DNA of 64,000 nucleotides from Nitrospirota bacterium (GTDB taxonomy: Bacteria > Nitrospirota > Thermodesulfovibrionia > Thermodesulfovibrionales > JdFR-88), in assembly GCA_021825295.1 (NCBI GenBank), contig JAKAHV010000002.1:3141-67140 (forward strand). Reading direction: 5' to 3'. Positions 8,477-16,541 of the stretch are shown in pieces. Both the position numbers and the translations under genes were made by a program. The notes under the pieces are model-generated. The model made no database searches, was not told the DNA's origin, and was given only the letters and a program-made list of their open reading frames with translations. The stretch's first letter is position 1, and the number at the start of each line of letters is the position of its first letter.

Positions 8477-9291
8477 AAGACAGAAAACTCGGAGATGAAT
8501 GGGCAGGCTGGGATGGGCAGGTCAAGTCTGAGGACCTCAAGGTAAACGAGACCCCCCGGACTTTCATTTGGCTGGCGATCATGCTTTTCGCCATCTGCGT
8601 GGCCGCCTCGTTCGCGGGGCTGTACATGATACAGCCCAGGCTGGAGCAGTTCAGCCCGTCGGCCCCCGGATTCGCGCTGCATCTGCTCATAGGGGCCGCT
8701 TTCATCCTGGCCGTGGCAGGTCTTTTCTGGTGCTTCACCATATTGAAATTCAGGAAATCCTTTTTCCCCAGCCGGTGGGTGGAGAAATACGTGCTTTTCC
8801 TTTTGCCGAAGGCGGTATGGCTTGGCTCGAAACTCGGCATCAGCCGCGACCGGGTGGGCAACTCCTTTATCAAGACGCACAACCGGATAATCAGGTCCTA
8901 TTCCGGGAAGTTTTCCCCCGAAAGGACCCTGATTCTGCTGCCGCGCTGTCTGAAGCCCGAGGTGAGAAAGGAGATAGCCCAGGTCGCCGCGGGAGATCAG
9001 TTCAGGATCGTGACCGCGGTGGGCGGGGAAGAGGCAAGGAGGGCGATCGGGGAATTCCGGCCCACCTTCATCCTGGCCGTGGCCTGCGAGCGGGACCTGA
9101 TGAGCGGGATGAAGGATGTGGCGGAAAGGGTGCCCGTCCTCGCCATACCAAACGAGCGGCCGGAGGGCCCGTGCAAGAACACAAGCATCCCGATGGAGGA
9201 ATTCAGGGAAGCGATAATCTTCATAAAACAGCAGCAGGAGGATTCCGGGGAGAAAAACGGAAAGACCGGGGGAAAAACCGAACCAGAATGA
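8473..9291 (+). CDS. DUF116-like membrane protein
   Basis: ATG 8473 overlaps the hpnA stop (ATGA). N-terminal TM helices, then LILLPRCLKPE...ILAVACERDLMSGMKD...PVLAIPNERPEGPCKNT, a DUF116-type pattern. Its stop overlaps the hpnH ATG. Confidence 0.65.
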   Translation: MKDRKLGDEWAGWDGQVKSEDLKVNETPRTFIWLAIMLFAICVAASFAGLYMIQPRLEQFSPSAPGFALHLLIGAAFILAVAGLFWCFTILKFRKSFFPSRWVEKYVLFLLPKAVWLGSKLGISRDRVGNSFIKTHNRIIRSYSGKFSPERTLILLPRCLKPEVRKEIAQVAAGDQFRIVTAVGGEEARRAIGEFRPTFILAVACERDLMSGMKDVAERVPVLAIPNERPEGPCKNTSIPMEEFREAIIFIKQQQEDSGEKNGKTGGKTEPE

Positions 9292-10301
9292 AAAAAACGC
9301 GCTTTCAGCCGGGACTTTATAAAAGCCTTACTTCATATTTCATAAAAAACACCCTCGCCGGGAGGAAGAGGTTCCCGCTTGTGCTCATGCTCGAGCCCAC
9401 GCACCGGTGCAACCTGGCGTGCATGGGGTGCGACCGGATAAGGACCGCGGCCGACGGGGACCTGACGGTGGAGCGGTGCCTGGAGGCCGCGCGCGAATGC
9501 CGCGCGCCGGTCGTTGCCGTGACCGGCGGTGAACCCATGCTCTACCGGGAGCTGCCCCGCCTTGTGTCGGGGCTCCTCGCCGAGGGCAAGTATATCTACC
9601 TCTGCACGAACGGCATCCTGGCGCGGGAGTTCATAGAGAGCTTCGACCCCGACCCCAGGCTCACCCTGAATTTCCACCTGGACGGCATGCAGGGCACCCA
9701 CGACAGGATAACCGGGCTTCCCGGCTCCTTCGAGAAGTCCGTGGAGTCAATCCGGCTGGCGAGGCGGCGGGGTTTCAGGATAAGCACGAACACGACTGTC
9801 TACAAGGCCTCGGAGACGGCAGAGCTTGACAGCCTCTTCGCCCTGCTTGACAATATCGGCGTTGACGGGATGCTCATCTCGCCGGCCTTCGCCTACCAGA
9901 GCGTGGAGGAGAAGGACAAGATATTCTTCGACCGCCGCGAGATAAACGAGAAATTCAACCTGATGTCCGGTTTCCTCAAGAAATATCCCCTGATCAACAC
10001 CCCCACCTACATGGACTTTCTCCGGGGCAGGCGGCAGTTGCGATGCACCCCGTGGGGCAATCCCACGTTCAACCCGCTTGGGTGGAAATCGCCCTGCTAT
10101 CTCGTCACGGACGGCTATTACGACACATATGCCCGGATGATGGAGCAGACCGACTGGAAGGTATACGAGCAGGGAAAAGACCCCAGGTGCTCGAACTGCA
10201 TGGTGCACGGCGGCTATGAGACCACGGTAATGCGGCTCGCCTTCACCAGCCCGCGCGAGATGCTCAGGCTCGCCCTCTGGAACATGACGAAGACCCGCTA
10301 G
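9288..10301 (+). CDS. hpnH: adenosylhopane-forming radical SAM protein HpnH
   Basis: ATG 9288 (MKKTRFQPGLYKSLTSYFIKN...RFPLVLMLEPTHRCNLACMGCDRIR). CxxxCxxC radical-SAM box. Length and C-terminal CSNCMVHGGYE are typical of HpnH. Confidence 0.9.
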   Translation: MKKTRFQPGLYKSLTSYFIKNTLAGRKRFPLVLMLEPTHRCNLACMGCDRIRTAADGDLTVERCLEAARECRAPVVAVTGGEPMLYRELPRLVSGLLAEGKYIYLCTNGILAREFIESFDPDPRLTLNFHLDGMQGTHDRITGLPGSFEKSVESIRLARRRGFRISTNTTVYKASETAELDSLFALLDNIGVDGMLISPAFAYQSVEEKDKIFFDRREINEKFNLMSGFLKKYPLINTPTYMDFLRGRRQLRCTPWGNPTFNPLGWKSPCYLVTDGYYDTYARMMEQTDWKVYEQGKDPRCSNCMVHGGYETTVMRLAFTSPREMLRLALWNMTKTR

Positions 10302-10305
10302 AGAT

Positions 10306-11199
10306 ATGGCGCATTTTTTCGGCCTGCTCCTGGGGACGGCCCTGTTGAGGCCCTATGTCTTTCTTTTCTTTGCCGTCTACCTGGCCGGCTGCACCCTTCA
10401 GTTCGGGCTCAAACGGACCCTCCTTTTCGCGGTTGCGGGCTACCTCATAGCATGGGGCTCCGAGGTCTCCTCAATCCATAACGGCTTCCCCTATGGGCTT
10501 TATTACTATATAGAAAGCACGGCGGGCCGGGAGATTTGGGTGAAGGGGGTCCCCCTCATGGACTCCGCAAGCTATGTCTTTCTGGCCTATGCGAGCTATT
10601 CGACGGCGCTTCTTGCGTTTTGCCCCTTGCTGCGCGGTAAAGGATTTGCAGCCGTGGCCCTGCTTGACACGCGGAGGGCGAGGGCGCTCCCATCGGTGCG
10701 GGCGCTTGCGGCCCTCCTCTTCGTATCACTGGACATAATCATAGACCCGGTTGCCCTCCGGGGCGGCAGATGGTTTCTTGGAAAGATATACGGATACCCG
10801 GGCGGCGGGGCCTATTTTGGCGTGCCCGTCTCGAATTTCCTCGGCTGGGCGGCCGTGGGCTACCTGATGACCTGGGCCTTTCAGGCGCTGGACGGGATTT
10901 TATACAGGTTTTCAGCGCGGGACATTTATGGCAGGGGGCTTCCCTGGAGGTTTTTCATAGGCCCGGCCCTCTATCTGTCGGTGCTGCTGTTTAATCTCTC
11001 AATCACCTTTTATATCGGCGAGTATAACATCGGCTGGGCCGGGGTCTTCATCATGCTGCCGCTTTTCTGGCTCTTCCGGCTTCTTGCCGGGCTTCAGACG
11101 AGACAGGCCGATGACAACGCCATAAGCCTGCACCTTCGGGATTTCCCCGGCTCCCTTACAGGGATTTTAACAGCGCGTCAAGGGCAAGGGCCAGCCTGA
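10306..11199 (+). CDS. DUF422 (carotenoid biosynthesis / CruF-like) integral membrane protein
   Basis: 297 aa, polytopic. IIDPVALRGGRWFLGKIYGYPGGGAYFGVPVSNFLGWA resembles the PF04240-type 'carotenoid biosynthesis protein' family. Assignment is tentative. Confidence 0.55.
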   Translation: MAHFFGLLLGTALLRPYVFLFFAVYLAGCTLQFGLKRTLLFAVAGYLIAWGSEVSSIHNGFPYGLYYYIESTAGREIWVKGVPLMDSASYVFLAYASYSTALLAFCPLLRGKGFAAVALLDTRRARALPSVRALAALLFVSLDIIIDPVALRGGRWFLGKIYGYPGGGAYFGVPVSNFLGWAAVGYLMTWAFQALDGILYRFSARDIYGRGLPWRFFIGPALYLSVLLFNLSITFYIGEYNIGWAGVFIMLPLFWLFRLLAGLQTRQADDNAISLHLRDFPGSLTGILTARQGQGPA

Positions 11200-11929
11200 G
11201 AGAGGCCGTCTCCGAGCTTTTTTGAAGCCTAGCCGCCGCCGGTATGAGGCGCGGGTGCGCGGCGAATTTCAGCATCGCAAGCCTTGTGCTTATCTGGCCC
11301 CGGCTGTCCGCTATTTCCATCGGGTTGAAGTTTATCTCCTCGCCGGACTTGTCCGATATCGCCCGTATGCCAAAAAAAACGGAGCCGTTTTTCAGGGCCG
11401 CACGGGCTATGGGGAAGGTCTCCATGTCGCAGATGCGGAGAAGATGTTTTTTATCTCCTGACAGGCTGCCTTCGCCGGGGGGGGTGAAAGTGAAATCCCT
11501 CAGGGCGGCCTTCTCGTTCTCGACCCATCTGGAAAGCGTGACGATGGGCCCGCGCCCGGCGACCGTTTTTTCCGAGACCAGGCGGTAAAACTCCTCAAAG
11601 TCCGGCCCCCCGGTATCGATAAACTCCCCGTCCGGATGGAGCCACGCCCCCTCCGGACAGACTATGTCCCCGTACTGCGCCTCCGGGTAAAGCGCTCCCG
11701 CAAAGCCCACGCTGAGGACAAGGTCCGGTCTTTGTGCCGCAAGCAGATCATTTGCGCAGGCCGCAGCGTTTCTCATTCCCATTCCTGTCAGGGCCACGGT
11801 TAATTTTTCCCCTTCAAACTGGGCGCCGTATGCCATGCGCCCGCCCGCCAAGCGCGACCATTTTATCCCCGGCTGACGCAGGAAATGCTTGATCTCCTGC
11901 CTCAGGGCGGCAAACACGACTATGTTCAC
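11156..11929 (-). CDS. hpnG: hopanoid-associated nucleoside phosphorylase-like protein HpnG
   Basis: PNP/UDP_1-like pattern (VNIVVFAALRQE...LTGMGMRNAAACANDLL...LVLSVGFAGAL...CDMETFPIARAA). Start is placed at the first in-frame GTG (11929) before the conserved core. The ORF-track start at 12205 would overlap hpnI. Start is uncertain. Confidence 0.65.
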   Translation of the reverse strand: MNIVVFAALRQEIKHFLRQPGIKWSRLAGGRMAYGAQFEGEKLTVALTGMGMRNAAACANDLLAAQRPDLVLSVGFAGALYPEAQYGDIVCPEGAWLHPDGEFIDTGGPDFEEFYRLVSEKTVAGRGPIVTLSRWVENEKAALRDFTFTPPGEGSLSGDKKHLLRICDMETFPIARAALKNGSVFFGIRAISDKSGEEINFNPMEIADSRGQISTRLAMLKFAAHPRLIPAAARLQKSSETASLRLALALDALLKSL

Positions 11930-12085
11930 GAGCGGCCCGCTCCCATGCGAAATTTTATCATGAACGCTACGGAGCCGGCACTGTCCGGGCCACGGGCCCG
12001 CGTAGGATTTGTGGGGCAAGGCGGGGCATCTGTCTATATTGTTAATAACCCACAAGAAAACCGGAAGAGCCTTTATAATTATGTG

Positions 12086-13246
12086 ATGGCATATGAAATT
12101 CTGACGTGGCTTTTTTTTCTCCTCACGGTGGCGGGGGGCATTTACAGCATCCTTGCCCTCGTTTCTGTCCTCGGGGCCGGAGGGGCGGGGCGCACGGAGG
12201 GGCAAGCCAGCCGGGGCCTGCCCGGCGTTTCGATTTTGAAACCCCTAAGCGGCGCGGATGAGGGGCTGAAGGAAAACCTGGCGAGTTTTTGCAGGCAGGA
12301 CTACCCGGATTACGAGGTCCTGCTTGGGCTGAGGGACGAGGGTGACGCCGCCTGGCCGGTCGCCCTGGAGCTGAAGCGTATGTTTCCGCGCCTGGTGCGC
12401 ATCGTGATAACCGGCGAGGACCTGGGCGCAAACCGGAAGGTTTCGAACCTGCAGGGCCTTCAGGAAAACGCGAGGCATGACCTGGTTGCCGTAAGCGACA
12501 GCGACATGAGGGTGGGAAGCGATTACCTTAAAACGGTGGTTCCGGAATATCTCGGGCGGGAGGATGCCGGGCTGGTCACATCGCTTTACAGGATTTCGGG
12601 GCCGGTTTCAGCCGGGGCGGCGCTGGAGTCGCTGACCATCGCGCTTGATTTCATCCCCGCGGTGCTGGCCGCCCGGAGGCTGGAAGGGTCGATAAGCTTC
12701 GGCCTTGGCGCCTCGATGCTTTTTTCAAGGGCAAAATTCGAGGAAACCGGGGGGTTCAGGGCGATTGCGGACTACCTGGCGGACGATTACCAGCTTGGGC
12801 ACAGGCTCTGGCGGAAGGGCCACAGGATTGTCCTGTCGAAATACGTGATGGAGGATGTGGCGGGGCGGATGGACGTCCGCGAGTACTTTCTCCATCAACT
12901 GAGATGGGCGCGGACCTACAGGGCGTCAAGACCCAAAGGATACCTCGGGTACGGGGTCACACACGTCTTCACCTGGGCGCTGCTTTTTTTCGCCCTGCGG
13001 CCCGGGCCTCTCTCTCTCCTGGCCCTTGTTTCGGCGCTTGCGCTGCGGCTGCTTACGGGCATCGCCGTAAACGGGAAATTCATCGGGCGGAGGGGATGGC
13101 TGAAGTGGCTTTTTCTCCTGCCCGCAAAGGACGTGGTGGGTTTCGGCATCTGGGCGCTCAGTTTTGCCGGCAGGAAGGTCGCCTGGAGGGGGGGGCTGTA
13201 CCGGGTCACGAGGACGGGGGAACTTCTGCAAGTATCAAAGAAGTAA
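12086..13246 (+). CDS. hpnI: hopanoid-associated family-2 glycosyltransferase HpnI
   Basis: ATG 12086 (MAYEILTWLFFLL...). PGVSILKPLSGADEGLKENLASFCRQDYPDYEVLLG...VSDSDMRV...QLRWART is a ceramide-glucosyltransferase-like pattern typical of HpnI. Confidence 0.75.
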   Translation: MAYEILTWLFFLLTVAGGIYSILALVSVLGAGGAGRTEGQASRGLPGVSILKPLSGADEGLKENLASFCRQDYPDYEVLLGLRDEGDAAWPVALELKRMFPRLVRIVITGEDLGANRKVSNLQGLQENARHDLVAVSDSDMRVGSDYLKTVVPEYLGREDAGLVTSLYRISGPVSAGAALESLTIALDFIPAVLAARRLEGSISFGLGASMLFSRAKFEETGGFRAIADYLADDYQLGHRLWRKGHRIVLSKYVMEDVAGRMDVREYFLHQLRWARTYRASRPKGYLGYGVTHVFTWALLFFALRPGPLSLLALVSALALRLLTGIAVNGKFIGRRGWLKWLFLLPAKDVVGFGIWALSFAGRKVAWRGGLYRVTRTGELLQVSKK

Positions 13247-13272
13247 CGTTATTTTAACCTGAATAGTGTAAG

Positions 13273-14607
13273 ATGTTTGTCATGGCGACGCTTGCTCAGA
13301 TCCTTGAGAGGATAGAGTCAAAAAAGGCCGACTACGCGGCTTATAGTTTTACGCCTACCGAAAGCACCGCCTTCAAGACCTTCTTCGACCTGGCCCAGGA
13401 ATACGATGAGCTGGAGGATTTTTACTACCTGTGCGTGGCGGTCCCGAAGGCCTTTTTCGGGCTTGATGCGAGACTCTACGTGATCGACCCGAAAACCGGG
13501 GAATTCCCCATGGTCTCCGGCACCGCCGGCGGGCCGGCCCCCCGCCCGGGCCTCATTCCTCCGCCGGAGGGGCATGCCTATTTAAACGGCAGTTTCATAA
13601 TGAGCATAAAGGGCAAGAAGATACTCCTGGACCAGCTTCCGTTTCAGGCCAGGGACAATGTCCTTGGCCTGCTTGAAATCTACCCCGCTGCCGGGTTTGA
13701 CGCGCACAAGGAGCTTTTCTTCGAAAAATACGCCAACCGCATCGGCTTCAACATACATAACCGCTTCATAGTCGAAAAAAACATCGAACACCTGAAATTC
13801 ATCAAATCGCTTGTAAGCGACATCGAGCATAACATCATAGTGCCCAATATGATCTACAAGCTCTTCCTCAGGAACTTGAAGGGCCTCATAGGGAAAAACA
13901 TGGAGCTGGAAAATACCATCCAGGCCTACCGGGCGGAGGGCGGCGACGGGAGGGTCGAGGCCTTTGTGAGGGAGATGTCCGAGATCAACCAGAACCTGGC
14001 GCAGGAGCTTGGCAACCTGGAGAAGCATTACATGAACATGAGCCTTTTCCTTGAGACCCTGCTCCGGAGAAGCCACTTCGACAAGGGGCGGCTCACACTG
14101 AGGACGAAGCCGTGCCGGATGAAGGAAGACGTCGTCCAGCCGCAGCTCGAGAGGTACGCGTCCCAGTTCAGGGAGATGGGCATCACGGTGGCCGACCGCT
14201 TCAGCGGCATTCCCGAAGGGGAGATCATCACCGTCGTGGACGTGGGCCTGATGGCCCAGGTCTATGCGAACCTGTTCTCCAATGCCCTGAAGTACACCCA
14301 GGAGGTCGCCGATGCATCCGGCCGGAAGATGAAGTACATCTCCTATGGCCGGCAGCTCATCAAGGACTATTTCGGAGCGGACAGCGACGGCATAAAATAC
14401 AACGTGTTCAATACCGGCCCCCATATCGGCCGCGAGGAGCGCGGCAGGCTCTTCGAGGACGGCTTCAGGGGCGCAAACGCAAAGGGCAAGCCGGGCACCG
14501 GCCACGGCCTTGCCTTCATAAAAAACGTCATAGAGCTCCACGGCGGAGTGATCGGCTACGAGGCCACGCCTTACGGAAACAATTTCTATTTCATCCTTCG
14601 CAGGTAG
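13273..14607 (+). CDS. cytoplasmic sensor histidine kinase (GAF-like N-terminus, HATPase_c)
   Basis: N box VYANLFSNALKYT. G1 VFNTGPHI. G2 GTGHGLAFIKNVIELHGG. Candidate H box SLVSDIEHNIIVPN. No TM segments and no adjacent response regulator. Confidence 0.75.
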   Translation: MFVMATLAQILERIESKKADYAAYSFTPTESTAFKTFFDLAQEYDELEDFYYLCVAVPKAFFGLDARLYVIDPKTGEFPMVSGTAGGPAPRPGLIPPPEGHAYLNGSFIMSIKGKKILLDQLPFQARDNVLGLLEIYPAAGFDAHKELFFEKYANRIGFNIHNRFIVEKNIEHLKFIKSLVSDIEHNIIVPNMIYKLFLRNLKGLIGKNMELENTIQAYRAEGGDGRVEAFVREMSEINQNLAQELGNLEKHYMNMSLFLETLLRRSHFDKGRLTLRTKPCRMKEDVVQPQLERYASQFREMGITVADRFSGIPEGEIITVVDVGLMAQVYANLFSNALKYTQEVADASGRKMKYISYGRQLIKDYFGADSDGIKYNVFNTGPHIGREERGRLFEDGFRGANAKGKPGTGHGLAFIKNVIELHGGVIGYEATPYGNNFYFILRR

Positions 14608-14681
14608 CCCGCCACCATTTCGCTCATGATGTTGCTCACCTGCGGGCCTTATGGCGCAAACCTCATAACTGGAATTTGACG

Positions 14682-14711
14682 TTGACTGGAAGGCGGGCAA
14701 TTGAGTAGATT
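14682..14711 (+). promoter_or_regulatory. sigma70-like promoter candidate (TTGACT-N18-TAGATT)
   Basis: TTGACT at 14682-14687 and TAGATT at 14706-14711. Lies directly upstream of the left bracket repeat. Confidence 0.3.
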
Positions 14712-14713
14712 CA

Positions 14714-14742
14714 TTGATGTTTAGAACCTATCTCAAAATAGC
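14714..14742 (+). repeat. left bracket repeat TTGATGTTTAGAACCTATCTCAAAATAGC
   Basis: The 21-nt core TTAGAACCTATCTCAAAATAG is the exact inverted complement of 16420-16440. Near-identical to 55295-55322. Confidence 0.85.
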
Positions 14743-15019
14743 AGGCTTGATGGTTCTATGCGCCGTTTTTTTGTCGGTCGTCTCGCCTGTAAAGATTGAT
14801 TTCGTTCATATCCGGGGCAAGGATAGGGTCCTCGTTACGCTTGATGTGTGCCACGCATCAAGCCCGTTTCAGCCCTCGAACACGAATATGCCCTTCTGCC
14901 CCGGGCAGATTTGCGCCTGTCTTTTGCCACCCGGATTCGCGGGTTTTCATACGGCATCGAGAATTCGGTTCAAGTCCCCCCTGTTTGCAGCCGAAAAAGA
15001 GGACCCTCCAAGAGCCTAA
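14717..15019 (+). CDS. small TM/secreted Cys-containing hypothetical protein (100 aa)
   Basis: ATG 14717. N-terminal hydrophobic helix (LKIAGLMVLCAVFLSVV), then DVCHASSP...MPFCPGQICAC. Codon usage is acceptable. No family recognised. The predicted promoter would place the TSS at or after this ATG, so the start and reality are uncertain. Confidence 0.35.
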   Translation: MFRTYLKIAGLMVLCAVFLSVVSPVKIDFVHIRGKDRVLVTLDVCHASSPFQPSNTNMPFCPGQICACLLPPGFAGFHTASRIRFKSPLFAAEKEDPPRA

Positions 15020-15134
15020 TTTCCTCTGAAGCCGCAAGCCATTGCCTCTCCCCGGCTGAACGGTTTAGGCCGTGGAAGGGGGGTCCCCGACTCCCGTGGC
15101 AGTGGCGGGAAGTTGATTTCTCCCTTGAAAACTC

Positions 15135-15194
15135 GCGGCTTCCGTTCGAGGAGTTTGTTTTTCGGATATTTTTCGGCCGGAAGCCGCTTTTTTT
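15135..15194 (+). terminator. hairpin + T-run (terminator-like)
   Basis: GCGGCTTCCG (15135-15144) pairs with CGGAAGCCGC (15178-15187), followed by TTTTTTT (15188-15194). The loop is long (33 nt), so efficiency is uncertain. Confidence 0.4.
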
Positions 15195-15290
15195 ATGGAT
15201 GCCGGGCACACTTAGGGCATGCCCTGCACGGGGAAATTCAAGGGGTGTTTTAGGGAAAAACAGAAAAATTTTTCGGCAAGGAGAGATATT

Positions 15291-16217
15291 ATGTCTTCGG
15301 TTTTAAGGAAATGTCTGCTTATATCGCTGATAATAGCCGCGCTCGGCGCCGGCGCGGCCACCAAGGCGTTTGCTTGCGCCTGCGGCTGCGGCGTATTTGG
15401 AATCGGCGCCAGATGGACGATGCCCACTGAATCCGGCCTAAATATGTTTCTGCAGTACTCCTTCATGGACCAGGATGAGAACTGGCATGGGACAGGCAGA
15501 GCGAGCGCGGACCTGAATGGCGACAAGGACATCAGGACCAGCTTTTTTACCCTCGGTGCACAGTACATGATAAACAGAAAGTGGGGCGTCATGGCGGAAA
15601 TCCCGTATTGGGACCGTTATTTAAGGACCACCGGCGATGACGGCAGCATCGTGTCCGCCGAACACCACACCCTTAGCGACATGAGCCTGATGGGCGTGTA
15701 TACCGGTTTTTCGCCGGATATGTCCACGGGGGTCCAGTTTGGCTTAAAATTGCCGACGGGCCCTTACAACCTGCCCGGATTTGACCCGGACACCCAGCCT
15801 GGCTACGGATCGGTCTCCAGCCTCCTGGGGGGATACCACATGGGACAGGAAAGGACCTGGGGCTGGTGGGCACAGGGGTTGTGGAGGCACGCCCTGTATA
15901 CAAACAGCAACGACTACCGTCCGGGGGACAGCTTCAATCTGTCCGAAGGAGTTCACTATGACCGCATTGCCCCCAAAACCGGCATCGTCCCGACCCTGCA
16001 ATTAATCGAATCCATCCGGCAACGCGACGGCGGCGCCAGCGGAGACCCCGACAATACGGGTTTCCAGAGATTGTTTGTGACCCCCGGCGTTGAGGTGGAC
16101 ATATACAGGGGGGTGAAACTCTTTACCGATGTTCAGGTGCCGGTATATACACATGTAAACGGCTACCAGTTGGTGGCTCCCTGGCTTATAAATACGGCTG
16201 TAAGCTATAACTTCTAA
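15291..16217 (+). CDS. outer-membrane beta-barrel, MetA-pathway/phenol-degradation-like transporter family
   Basis: AAGGAG SD before ATG 15291. Signal peptide ...ATKAFA. GLKLPTG motif, alternating amphipathic strands and a C-terminal ...AVSYNF (terminal Phe). The mature N-terminus is CACGCGVFGIG. Confidence 0.8.
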   Translation: MSSVLRKCLLISLIIAALGAGAATKAFACACGCGVFGIGARWTMPTESGLNMFLQYSFMDQDENWHGTGRASADLNGDKDIRTSFFTLGAQYMINRKWGVMAEIPYWDRYLRTTGDDGSIVSAEHHTLSDMSLMGVYTGFSPDMSTGVQFGLKLPTGPYNLPGFDPDTQPGYGSVSSLLGGYHMGQERTWGWWAQGLWRHALYTNSNDYRPGDSFNLSEGVHYDRIAPKTGIVPTLQLIESIRQRDGGASGDPDNTGFQRLFVTPGVEVDIYRGVKLFTDVQVPVYTHVNGYQLVAPWLINTAVSYNF

Positions 16218-16411
16218 TATGCGTCCCAAGTTCCCGGCACAAATCAGTCCGGGTCCTGAAAATACTGCTCGCGTTATCAGGGGTGCGGCTGGCGGTGAGT
16301 GGGGCGACGCGAAACCCCGCCTTGGCGGGATGGAGTGTGCGGCCCACATTGGCGCGAGGAGCGAACCGTTAGTCGCACCCGGAAATAATTCGCCTGAGAG
16401 CTTGCAAAATA

Positions 16412-16440
16412 GCTTCAATCTATTTTGAGATAGGTTCTAA
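16412..16440 (-). repeat. right bracket repeat (GCTTCAATCTATTTTGAGATAGGTTCTAA)
   Basis: Inverted partner of 14721-14741. Resembles 55458-55487, including the GCTTCAA...ATTT extension. Confidence 0.85.
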
Positions 16441-16541
16441 CGCGTTTTACGGGGATGCAGGAGCAAGCCGGTAATTCCGCCGGTCCCGATTTTTGGAAAT
16501 GCCGGGTTGGACTTCGCCAACCCGGCTTATATTCCATGAAG

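Noticed and set aside
11930-12205. N-terminal extensions of ORF-track entries: hpnG to 12205, hpnA from 7124, hpnI from 11885, ADH to 39797, nuoB/H/K/M, kdpB, the ynfA-like gene
   Set aside because: The extensions overlap neighbouring genes or REP repeats and lack family similarity. They are low-complexity Arg/Gly/Pro-rich. Internal starts with an SD or stop-start overlap fit the conserved N-termini.
14960-14985. tRNA-like T-arm string GGTTCAAGTCCCCC
   Set aside because: The flanking bases cannot form a T-stem (TTCGG versus CCCCC) or an acceptor stem. It lies inside the small ORF 14717..15019. No other tRNA features are present.
15040-15135. Cobalamin-riboswitch-like strings on the minus strand (GGGAGAAATC...CCCGCCACTGCC...GGGAGTCGGGGACC)
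   Set aside because: Only partial resemblance to the CCCGCCACUG and B12-box consensus. The segment between GGGA and CCCGCC is far too short for the P4-P6 helices. There is no minus-strand gene downstream for it to regulate.
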